This document shows positions 1-11,094 of a stretch of DNA of 64,000 bases, piece by piece. This DNA is from the human T2T-CHM13v2.0 reference genome, Homo sapiens. Where the stretch lies: NCBI RefSeq assembly GCF_009914755.1, contig NC_060931.1; one strand, written 5' to 3'. Position 1 is the first letter of the stretch; each line of letters begins with the position of its first letter. The notes beneath the pieces were generated by a model. That model saw nothing but the letters and a program-made list of their open reading frames with translations, was not told the DNA's origin and made no database searches. The position numbers and the translations under genes are program-made.

Positions 1-521
1 TTATCACCACTTCATGTTTTGTTTTTGATATGAAATAACTCTCTTTTACAAAATTATACATTTCTAAAAAATGGGTCCAATGGAAGAGATTAGATTGATG
101 TGACACAACTGGAGTTTTTAAAAAATGAGCAGAGAGACTGTTCCAATGTCAACATTAACAGTGGTGTCCTGATCATTTCCCCTGTTAATGTTAAAATGAA
201 CATTAATTTCTTCCTTCATTATATACCAGCATTTCTATCATTTGCCAGAGAATAGTAATCGCTGGCTTCATAGAAGGCTGTAGGAAGAGTAAGTGCTCTC
301 CACAAGTCCAGTCTGGTTGCTCTGAGTATTCACAGACAAATGAAGTCCAACTGCTTATTCTCACTGTGCAATAACAAGATGCAGACAAACTGGGAAAGAA
401 AGGAGTTTATGTCTGCAATGGTTACAGGGAGAAGGTTGGAGTAACTCACCAGACCAACTAAAACTTACAACTTTTTTTTTTAGCTTATATATACAATTCA
501 GGTTTATGCCTATGTGCCGGA

Positions 522-820
522 GTCTTTCTTTTCTTTCTTTTCTTTCTCTCTTTCTCCTTCCTTCCTTCCTTCCTCTCTTTCTTTCTCTCCCTCCCTCTCT
601 CCCTCCCTCCTTCGTTCCTTCCTTCCTTCTTCCTTTCTTCCTTTCTCTCTCTCTCACTTTCTCTCTCTTTCTTTCCTTTTTCCTTCCTTTCTTCCTTTCT
701 TTCTTTCTTTTTCTCTCTCTCTCTCCCCCTCCCTCCCTCCATCCCTCCCTTCCTTCCTTCCCTCTTTCTTCCTTTCTTCCTTTCTTTCTCTCTCTCACTT
801 TCTCTTTCTTTCTTTTTGTT
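522..820. repeat. ~300-bp polypyrimidine (TTTC/TTCC/CT/CCCT) microsatellite derived from an Alu tail
   Basis: Almost pure C/T tract abutting the 3' end of the minus-strand Alu, running on from the left TSD copy. Confidence 0.95.
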
Positions 821-1096
<276 letters not shown>

Positions 1097-2003
1097 TAAA
1101 GGTCTGCATGTAGGAAGGTTTTTTAGATTTGTTCTTGGACTAGATTAAAGAGGTTGAGAAAGTCCAGGTGTGGTTTTAATGGGTTTGTTTTTGCATTCCA
1201 GCCCTTGTACTCAGGCACCAATTTCTCCAGTTCTTTAATATTTATCTTATACGTTCATTATTACAGCAAAGGGTTTACGCAGACTTACCTGCTTGTGGAG
1301 CTCTAGCCTGCCACAAGAGGACTGAGCCCAGAAAGAGTACCTTTGCCAAAGGACAGGGCCCCTGAAGGCCTCTCCCAAAGGTGATGCCTCATATAGATAC
1401 TGAAGAGTAATTTGCCAAGTGGGAAAGCAGGATAAGGCATTTCAGTCAAACCAAAGTTATAAAGACTTGAAAAAAGATATTTATTTGGAAATAAGTATTT
1501 GTGTGTATATTTGTGTATGTGTGTATGTGTGTGGTGGTGGTAGTGATTATTTAGTGTGTTAGAGGAGAAGTGTCAAGAAAATGGCTAGAATGTGAGTCAA
1601 GAGCTATGTCCTCCTGACCTTAAGCAATAGTATGCTATGTAAGGCATTTTGCATTTCATCCTGAAGAAGGTTCTGACAGATTTCAGCAGAGATGGAAAAT
1701 CATTAGTTGCATTGTTGTAATAAAATCTTCTCTTTTAACAGCTTGAGATAGGTAGAGGAGGCAGCACCAAAGAAGTTGTGCAATACGAGGCCGGCAGGAT
1801 GGCAGGGCTTGTGCCACCAGCAGATTCAATGGAGGGAGGAATTTAGAGGAGCTTGTCAAAGATGAGAGGTTGAAGGACATCACATTTGAGAATTAGGTCT
1901 TATAGTTGTGAATTTAGCCTTAATCAAGCAAATTTGTAGCTGATTGCTGTTAAAACTTGCACTACTGAATGTAGGATTCCTTCGGTGTTTCTTATCTGTT
2001 AAA

Positions 2004-2040
2004 AAACAACAACAACAAAAAAACAAACAAAAAAAAAAAC
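2004..2040. repeat. (CAA)n / A-rich simple repeat
   Basis: AAAAAACAACAACAACAAAAAAACAAACAAAAAAAAAAAC. Confidence 0.85.
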
Positions 2041-3144
2041 AGTGACTATTTTATAGCCAGCCTTCTCTCTTGAGAATGTGTGCCAGGAGAGTGAATGAGG
2101 AACAGGCAGCTGTCAGGTGGCTGAAGAGGACCCAGGAGGTCACCTCAATGAGTGGCTAATTTGGCACTGAGGCTGATGGGAAAGGCACATTGCTGTAGTC
2201 CTTTTTGTGCCTCTTAATTAACTGCATTAAATTTCAATTTTCTTAAAATGCAGGAATTGAATAGATGACCACTAAAGACGCTTTCAGCCGTCGTGGTCTA
2301 AGACTCTTGATTGACATCATCTAATTTGGAGCTCATGGCATAGTTTTCCATTTTTAAACCTTGTATTTTTGATTTTCATGAGAAAACCTTTCTATGTCTG
2401 GTCACATCTACTTTATGTGAGTGAATTAACTAGAGAGAAATATATTATAGAATACCTTTCCTCCTTTTGTTATTAGAATAATCTTTTTCATGTCAAAAAA
2501 CAGTGCAGATTGTCTGTGAAATGGAAATGGTATTCTGAAACTTGTGTAGATAATTAAAAAAAAAAAAGAACATGATGTGATTTTGCCTAACTGGTAAGGT
2601 GCCACTTTGCAAGGCACAGGATGGCGTCCACAGTGAAAGCTTCCACCTTCCTATGCTCTGCCTCAGATGGTCCCATTGGCGTGCTCCACTTCAGTTTTCA
2701 AAGCTAATTAGAATATATTCACTTTTGTCTGTTATATATTCAGGGAGAAACCCTATATCTGTACAAATGAGGTAGCCTTATATTGCCAGTTGAGTTTACT
2801 AAAGGTCTCAGACAGATGAGGGACTGTCAGAGAGATTTCCCCAAGGAAAGTGCAGAGCAGAGATGGGCGCCCTGTGCATGGGCCCCTACTCTGTATGCTG
2901 GAGGGTATGCTGGAGCCTGCTTAACAGTCCTTTGATAATTATAACAGTTATATAAAGATTTATTCCAAGGTTTAGGAAAATCAGTCTCATAAAAATGAAA
3001 TAACTTAGCCCACATTATGAACTGGTAAAAACTAGTATTTTGGGGAGCCGGAATGGGAACACAAGTTTGATTCTCAAGCCATTACCTTTCAATCTCACTC
3101 TGATTCAAAATAAAACAATCCATCACCCCTCCTCTGGAAGCAAC

Positions 3145-4219
3145 TATAGGAGGAAATTCACCCCCGATATTTCATGTGGATCCTTTTCTATTTTCCCTAA
3201 GTGTCAGCTGGTCTGAGAAACAAAGGGAAAGAGTACAAAAGAGAGAAATTTTAAAGCTGGGTGTCTGGGGGAGACATCACATGTGAGCAGGTTCCGTGAT
3301 GCTCCCCAAGCTGCAAAACCAGCAAGTTTTTATTAGTGATTTTCAAAAGGGGAGGGAGTGTACAAATAGGATGTGGGTCAGAGAGATCACATGCTTCACA
3401 AGGTAATAAAATATCACAAGGCAAATGGAGGCAGGGCGAGACCACAGGACCACAGGACCGGGGTGAAATTAAAATTGCTAATGAAGTTTTGGGCACACAT
3501 TGTCATTGATAACATCTTATCAGAAAACAGGGTTTGAGAGCAGACAACTGGTCTGACCAAAATTTATTAGATGGGAATTTCCTCATCCTAATAAGCCTGG
3601 GAGTGCTACTGGAGACCGGGGCTCATTTCATCCCTTATCTTCAACCGTAAAAGACAGCTGTCCCCAAAGCGGCCATTTCAGAGGCCTCCCCTTAGGGACG
3701 CATTCTCTTTCTCAGGGATGTTCCTTGCTGAGAAAAAGAATTCAGCGATATTTCTCCTACTTGCTTTTGAAAGAAGAGAAATATGGTTCTTTTCTGCCTG
3801 GCCCACAGGCAGCCAGACTTTAAGGTTTTCTCCCTTGTTCCCTGAACATTGCTGTTATCCTGTTCTTAAGGTGCCCAGATTTGATATTATTCAAACACAC
3901 ATGCTCTACAAACAATTTGTGCAATCATCACAGTGTCCCGAGGTGACATACATCCTCCTCAGCTTACGAAGATGATGGGATTAAGAGATTAAAGTAAAGA
4001 CAGGCATAGGAAATTACAAGAGTATTGATTGGGGAAGTGATAAATGCCCATGAAATCTTCACAATTTATGTTCAGAGATTGCAGTAAAGACAGGCGTAAG
4101 AAATTATGAAAGTATTAATTTGGGGAACTAATAAATGTCCATGAAATCTTCAGAATTTATGTTCTTCTGCCGTGGCTTCAGCCAGTCCCTCTGTTCAGGG
4201 TCCCTGACTTCCCACAACA
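3145..4219 (-). mobile_element. MER11A-like solo LTR (HERV-K11/HML-8, ERVK)
   Basis: Minus strand begins TGTTGTGGGAAGTCAGGGACC; U3 tandem repeat (AAAGACAGGCATA/GT...GAAATCTTCACAATTTATGTTC) x2; perfect 6-bp TSD AGCAAC at 3139-3144 and 4220-4225. Confidence 0.92.
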
Positions 4220-4870
4220 AGCAACACCACAAAACAATAAATAACTACTCCACCCTTGACCCAGAGCAATGGGAGAAAGGCCTGGCCAGGAGAAACTAAC
4301 TTTGTTAAAAGTCTAATACTGTAGGCCCTGCCAGCCTCTTGTATTTATTCATCAGATTTAATTATCAAAAGAATACTCATGAAATAGTAATATCATCACT
4401 TTATGGATGAATAGTAAATGGTGAATGTTACATCAAATATGAGTATGCTCAACTTCAAAGCCACTTCTACACCTGGAGTTTTGGATATACAGAACTGTTG
4501 TGACAAACAACTGTATGAGTTGATATTTTCTCTGCCTTCTAATTGAGGAAACAAAGGTATGGGGAGATTACATGTGTCAAACACATTTACTAAGTTGGAA
4601 CATCCCAAGTGGGGATTTGAACCCAATTCTCCCACTTTTCTCCAGTGATCTGTCTCTACCTGATTTCTAAAGTCACCAGGAATGCTGTCCTCTACACTTT
4701 TATTTAGGATTTTCTTTCAGTCCAAAATGCCCTTCCCTACATGCTAGCAAACTTAATCTTCAAGATCTTGGATCTTTAATTGAAAAACCCAAAAATCTTT
4801 AGGAACCTGCAGTACACCTGGGTGTTGTGCTACATGCCAAAGAAACTCCAGAGAGAAATTCTGTTGCCTT

Positions 4871-5172
4871 TGTAAAAGTTGTCAAAATCAAAATGGAGTC
4901 AATAATGTCAGGGCAAAAACAAACAAACAAACAAACCAAAACAATAACAAAAAATTCCCAACTTTGACAAATAGAGTTACAGAAGGCCATAGAATAAAAA
5001 GAGGGGGAACCATGTGTGTATGCCTACTAACAGAAACTATCAAAAAAAAAAAACTGCAAAAGCCACAACCTTGCACAAAAGCCATCACTGCTTTACACAA
5101 AAGTTACTTCTGCAAGGATATCTTCCCAGCAACTGCCTGTCCAATCTTGGACTGGCATCATCTTTGTTATTG
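4871..5172 (+). mobile_element. MER34A-like LTR, 5' part (ERV1)
   Basis: TGTAAAAGTTGTCAAAATCAAAATGGAGTCA start; co-linear with the second copy at 33692; continues at 8331. Confidence 0.8.
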
Positions 5173-5568
5173 AATGTCAGATTGTTCTTGCATTGCTATA
5201 AAGAAATAACTGAGATTGAGTAATTTATAAGAAAAAGGGGTTGAATTGGCTTATGATTCTGCAGGCTTTACAGAAAGCATTGTGCTGATATCTGCTCAGC
5301 TTCTGGAGAGGCCCCAGGAAGCTTACATTCAAGTCAAATGGGAAGCAAACATCTCACATGGCAAGAGCAGGAGTGAGAGAGAGAGGGAATGGAAATGCCG
5401 CACTTTCGAACTCTAGATCTTGTGAAGACAGCACTAAGGGAATAAGTGTTAAACTATTTGTGGAAACCCACCTCCATGAGCCAATCACCTCCCCTCAGGC
5501 CCCATCTCCAACATTGGGGATTACATTTCAACATGAGGTTTGGGGTAACAAATATCCAAACCCTATCA
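5173..5568 (-). mobile_element. MSTA-like LTR (3' LTR of a MaLR element)
   Basis: Matches MSTA reverse complement (GTTCTTGCATTGCTATAAAGAAATA...ATCCAAACCCTATCA). Confidence 0.88.
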
Positions 5569-7932
5569 TTCTGCCCCTTGGACCCCAAATCTCATGTTCT
5601 TCTCACATTAAAAAATACACTCATGCCTTTCAAATAGTTCCCCAGTCTTAATGCATTTCAGTATTAACTCAAAGTCCAAAGTCTAAAGTCCCATCTGGAG
5701 CTGAGTTTCTTCCACCTATGAGCCTGTAAAACTAAAACAAACGTTTTATTTCAAAGATACAATGCAAATTCAAGCATTGGGTAAATATTCTCATTCCAAA
5801 AGGGAGAAATCGGCCAAAAGAAAGGGCAATGAACCCCATGCAAGTCTGAAAGAGTACAAAGAGAGGAATTTTACAGCTAGGCCTCCGGGGGTGACATGAC
5901 ATATCGGTAGGACCGTGTTGCCCACTTGAGTCTTAAAGCCAGCAAGTTTTATTAGGGATTTCAAAAGGGGAGGGGGTGCAAAAACAGGGAGTATCTCACA
6001 AGATTACATGCTTCAAAGGCAAAAAGGAGAACCACAATCACGTGCTTCTGAGGAAACAGGACAAGGGCAAAACAGAACTACTGATAAGGGTCTATGTTCA
6101 GCTGTGCACATATTGTCTTGATAAACATCTTAAACAACAGAAAACAGGGTTCAAGAGCAGAGAACCGGTCTGACTTCAAATTTACCAGGGTGGAGTCTCC
6201 CAATCCTAGTAAGCATGAGGGTACTGCAAGAGACCAGGGTGTATTTCAGTCCTTATCTCAACCGCATGAGACAGACACTCCCAGAGTGATCATTTATAGA
6301 CCTCCCGCCAGGAATGTATTCCTTTCCCAGGGTCTTAATTATTAATATTCCTTGCAAGGAAAAGAATTTAGTGATATCTTCCCTACTTGCACGTCCATTT
6401 ATAGGCTCTCTGCAAGTAGAAAAATATGGCTCTATTCTGCCTGACCCTGCAGGCAGTCAGACCTCATGGTTGTCTTCCCTTGTTCCCTGAGAATTGCTGT
6501 TACTCTGTTCTTTTTCAGGGTGCACTGATTTCATATTGTTCAAACACACATGTTTTACAATCAATTTGTGCAGTTAACACAATAGTGGTCCTGAGGTGAT
6601 GTACATTCTCAGCTTACGAAGATAACAGGATTAAGAGATTAAAGACAGGCATAAGAAATTATAAAAGTATTAATTTTGGGAACTGATAAATGTCCATATT
6701 AAAATGAAATCTTCACAATTTATGTTCAGAGATTGAAGTAAAGACAGGCATAAGAAATCATAAAAGTATTATTTGGGAACTGATATATGTCCATATTAAG
6801 ATGAAATCTTCACAATTTATGTTCTTCTGCCGCGACTCAAGCCGGTCCCTCCATCTGGGGTCCCTGACTTCCTGCAACAGCCTCCAATTTCATATTTCCC
6901 CTTGGCACTGTTCTAGTAGAGGTTCTATGTGAGGGTGCCACCCCTGTGGCAAGCTTCTGCCTGGGAACCCAGGATTTCTGATACATCCTGTGAAATCTAG
7001 GTAGACACTCCCAAGCCTCCTTCAGTCTTGCACTCTGCATGCCTACCAGGCTTAACACCACATAGAAGACAGCAAAGCTTATGGTTGTGCCCTTTGGAGT
7101 TGTGTCCCACGCTGTATATGAGGCCCTTCCAGACTTAGCTGGAGCCAGAGCAGCCAGGATGTGAGGAGCAGTTACCTGTGGTGGAACAGGGCAGTGGTAC
7201 CTCAGGCCTGGCCCTCAAAACCATTCAGTCCTCCTAGGCCTCTGGGTATGTAATGGGAGGGGCTTCTTAGAAGATCTCTGAAATGCCTTCTAGGCCTTTT
7301 CTCCATTGCCTTGGAAATTTGCACTTGGCTCATTTTTCATTTTGTGACTATCTCTAGCAAGTGGTTGCTCCACAGCTTTCTTGGATTCTTACTCTGATAA
7401 AGCGTTTTCTTTGCCACATGGCTAGGTTGCAGATTTTCTAAACTTTTATGATCTGCTTCCTCTGTAAATATAACTTTCAACTTTAAGTCATTTGTTTGCT
7501 CCCCCATCTGATCTAGGCTGTTAGAAATAGCCACATTACATCTTTATCACCTGCTGCTTAGAAACTTCTCCGACCAGATACCCTAGGACATCACTTTTAA
7601 GTTCAAATCTCTGCAGATTTCTAGGGCATAAAAACAATGCAGTCAAGCTCTTTGCTAAGGCATTACGAGGATGACCTTTGCTCCAATTCCCAATACGTTC
7701 CTCATTTCCATTTGAGACCTCATCAGCCTGGACTTCAACGTTCATATTGCTATCAGCATTTTGTTCACAACCACTTAGTGGTCTCTAAGAAGTTCCAAAC
7801 ATTCCCTCATATTCCTGTCTTCTTCTGTGCCCTCCAATCTTTTCCAAACTCTGGCCATTATCCAGTTTCAAAGCTGCATCCACACCATCAGGTACCTTTA
7901 TAGCAACGCCCCACACTTCCGTAACAATTTTC
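5569..7932 (-). mobile_element. MST-int MaLR internal region, interrupted by MER11 at 5848-6879
   Basis: Typical THE1/MST internal sequence; decayed minus-strand MaLR ORF pieces (QADEVSNGNEERIGNWSKGHP, ADHKSLENLQPSHV, RMYQKSWVPRQK). Confidence 0.88.
5848..6879 (-). mobile_element. MER11B/C-like LTR, 3'-end deleted
   Basis: Right end GGTCCCTGACTTCCTGCAACA; homologous to 3145-4219 but starts abruptly at GAAAGAGTACAAA; U3 tandem repeat x2. Confidence 0.9.
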
Positions 7933-8330
7933 TATGTTAGGCTGATCTGGAAGTGCTATAAAAAATCTGACACTGAATAATTTATAAAGAATAAAGGTTC
8001 AATTGGCTTATGGTTCTGCAGGCTTCACAGAATACATGGTGCCCGTGGCATCTGCTCAACTTCTGGGGAAGCCTCAGAAAGCTTACAGTCATGGTGGAAG
8101 GCAAAGGGGAAGTCAACTCACATTGAGAGGGCAGGAGCAAAGGAGAGATGAAAAGTGCCACATACTTTGAAACAACAAGGTCTTGCCAGGATAGGACCAA
8201 TGGGACGGTATTAAGTCATTCATGAGAAATTCATATTCATGATCCAATCACCTCCCACCAGGCCCCACCTCTAATATTGGAGATTACATTTTAACATGAG
8301 GTTTGGAAGGGAAATATCCAAGCTTTATCA
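7933..8330 (-). mobile_element. MSTA-like LTR (5' LTR of the same MaLR element)
   Basis: Direct repeat of 5173-5568, ending AGCTTTATCA. Confidence 0.88.
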
Positions 8331-8524
8331 TTTATCTTTGTAGCCAAGGGTATTTGTTGTAAACAATTTTGTAATTCTCAGTTTATTCTTTATAAGCCTG
8401 TGTCTTCCTTTACCCCACAGAATATGCACATATTTTTATTATGGCATGTGTATTCCCATTGTATTGCTTTATTCACAAATAACCTTTTATTCTAGAGCCT
8501 CTCTTTATGTTATTAATATTGACA
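8331..8524 (+). mobile_element. MER34A-like LTR, 3' part
   Basis: Resumes ATCTTTGTAGCCAAGG where the 5' part stopped; ends TTGACA; approximate 4-bp TSD CCTT/TCTT. Confidence 0.8.
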
Positions 8525-8837
8525 TCTTGATCAGTCTAATAGAGAATTACCTCGGATCATGGTCAAATCTTACACCTCTTCAGAAGCCCTTTTATGTTTC
8601 TCCAGAAAAAGTAACGTCTGCCTTTTTTTCACCTTCCCAGCTGTTTTCCTGTGTCTCTGTTTTGACGTTTATCAAAGCTGTCCTTTTATTCTACCTATAT
8701 ATAAGGCTGTGATATCTGCAAAAATTTGAATCCTGAGGGGCAAAAAAATGCTATTTTTGGCATCTGTCCCCTTCAGTCTTTTGTATGGGAATCAATAAAT
8801 ATTTGTGCAATTTGGAAAGTGGGGTAAAAATTCCCAT

Positions 8838-9150
8838 GGCTGGGTGCGGTGGCTCACACCTGTAATCCCAGCACTTTGGGAGGCTGATGTGGGCAGATCA
8901 CAAGGTCAGGAATTTGAGATCAGCCTGGCCAACATGGCAAAATCCCGTCTTTACTAAAAATACAAAAATTAGCCAGGCATGGTGGCTGGTGCCTGTAATG
9001 CCAGCTACTCAGGAGGCTCAGGCAGGAGAAATGCTTGAACCCAGGAGGTGGACTTTGCAGTGAGCCAAGATTGTGCCTTTGCACTCCAGCCTGGGCAACA
9101 AGAGCAACTCCATCTCAAAAAATAAATAAAAAAATAAAATTAAAAAAAAA
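8838..9150 (+). mobile_element. AluS, full length
   Basis: GGCTGGGTGCGGTGGCTCAC start, central A-linker, A-rich tail. Confidence 0.95.
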
Positions 9151-11039
9151 TATATCCCTTGATACAGAGTGGAAAGAAGAAAAAGAAAATCAAAGGCTCA
9201 TTAACCAGAAAGAATAATCCATGGTTAATTGCTCAGTATGGTATAATGATTCTCCAATGGCAGATGGTATTTGGGTAGTATGTGTTAAACTTTTGGCCCA
9301 GTAATTTTTTCTCTGTTCTTCTCTTTCATCACCTTTCAGAAGTTTCATAAAAACAGCTTGGAAGTTCAGATGCTTTCTGGGCTGTCATGCTTTCACTATG
9401 ACAATTACTCTGCTAATCACCAACACCTTGCAGATTAATGGAGATTAGCAGTGGGCCTGAGGAGTGAGAAGGCACACTGACTCCGAGGCAGCATTTGCAA
9501 AAACCCTCAAAGGATTCCAGGTGAACAGGCTAGTAGATAAGAACTAAACAAAATATTTTGAATTATTTCTCAGGAGGATCTGTAGAAGCCACTGCACTCT
9601 ATGAATCAATGGAGGGGTATGAAGATTGACCCTGTAGTTCTTCAAGTAGTGTCTCAAAAGAGAAAACATGGGACATACTTTCACCAGAAATTAGAAAAAT
9701 GAGATGAGAAGAAAATATTCCAAGTCTCAGTTAGTTTGGGATTCTCAGGATTAAATAAAGTAATTGGGATTTTGTTACCTGGGAATTTTTCAGAGCCCTC
9801 AATAAGCCAGGAAGCATGGTGAGTTTTAAGTATAAAATCAGGTACTTAGAATTACCCTGCCTTATTTGACCACATACTCATCTTCTTTTCATAGCATAGA
9901 GGTTCTGCAGAGGACTGTGGGAAATTCTGACTTAAATGCGGAATTATAAACAGAAGGTAAATTGTCCTTCTTTGAGAATCCATTAGTACCCACTAATGAG
10001 TGTTACATGCTTTCATATACATTTTTCATTGAATCTACCAAACTCATCGATATAGAAAACACTATTTTCTTTCCACAGATGTGGAATCAAAAGTTCAAAG
10101 AGCTTAAGTGGCATACTGAAGCTCAGCAGAGTTATGATTTAAATCAAAGTCTGGCTGATTATATCCCTAAATTGACAGTGATGGCACATCTCCTTGACAA
10201 GAAGAAGGAGGTCTCCAATGAGCTTGAAGGCAACAGAGGATCTCCACCATGATTAGATTCCATTGACTGGGTGACAGGTATACAAAATAGTTTTAGCAGT
10301 TACTGTAGTCATATTAAAATGGAATATAAGATTAAGTTGAAGATGGGGCAAGGAATCTTGGAAATTGAAATACTATTCTAGATAGCTTTGCCTCTTTTTT
10401 AGTTGCCTGCAGGAAATATTTGCCCTGGAGACAATGGAAAGCTTTAGATACTTGGTTAGAATCAAGAAGGGGAAAAGAAAAAGACAAAACAAAAAACAAA
10501 AAAACAGAAACCACTTCTCATTGACGCCCAAATTAAAGCAGGTAAATTTTTCCACCCAAAACTCTCTAAGGTAAAACACCAGTTTCTTTATCTAGTTTAT
10601 CTTGTTGGACTGTGGAAGAGGAAGGGTCCTTCTGATTCCCTCTCTCCACCGCCACTCTCAGAGCACTGAAAGTGCAGCATCCATAGGCTGGCATTTCATG
10701 GCAGATCTGAGCCAGTGTAAACACCGGCCCCTAAGACCCCAGCTCATTAAAATTTTCCTGTTCTTTGCTGCATGGAAAATCCTCACTTCTTTAGGATGCA
10801 GTTAAGGTGAACAGGGGAGAGGCATTTCTGTAAATACAAAGTTTCCAGGAAAAAGTGTCAGGTGACCTGTAAAGGATTGCAAGCACTTAGTCTTAAAAAC
10901 TGCAATGTCTAGAATATGGAAGAGTGGTGTGGTTTTTGTTAAGATGGAATACTGATATTTCACTTTATCTTTCCTACTGATTGCAACTAAGAGTCCTGAA
11001 TGGAAATCATTAAAAAAAACCTCTCAGGGTGGTCCATTT

Positions 11040-11090
11040 TGTGTGTGTGTGTGTGCATGTATTGCTGTATGTGTGTGCATATTGCTGTGT
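11040..11090. repeat. (TG)n-rich degenerate repeat
   Basis: GTGTGTGTGTGTGTGCATGTATTGCTGTATGTGTGTGCATATTGCTGTGT. Confidence 0.75.
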
Positions 11091-11094
11091 GAGA

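Noticed and set aside
3145-6879. MER11 pair as the two LTRs of one HML-8 provirus
   Set aside because: The first LTR has its own TSD, the two differ in subfamily, and there is no retroviral internal sequence between them.
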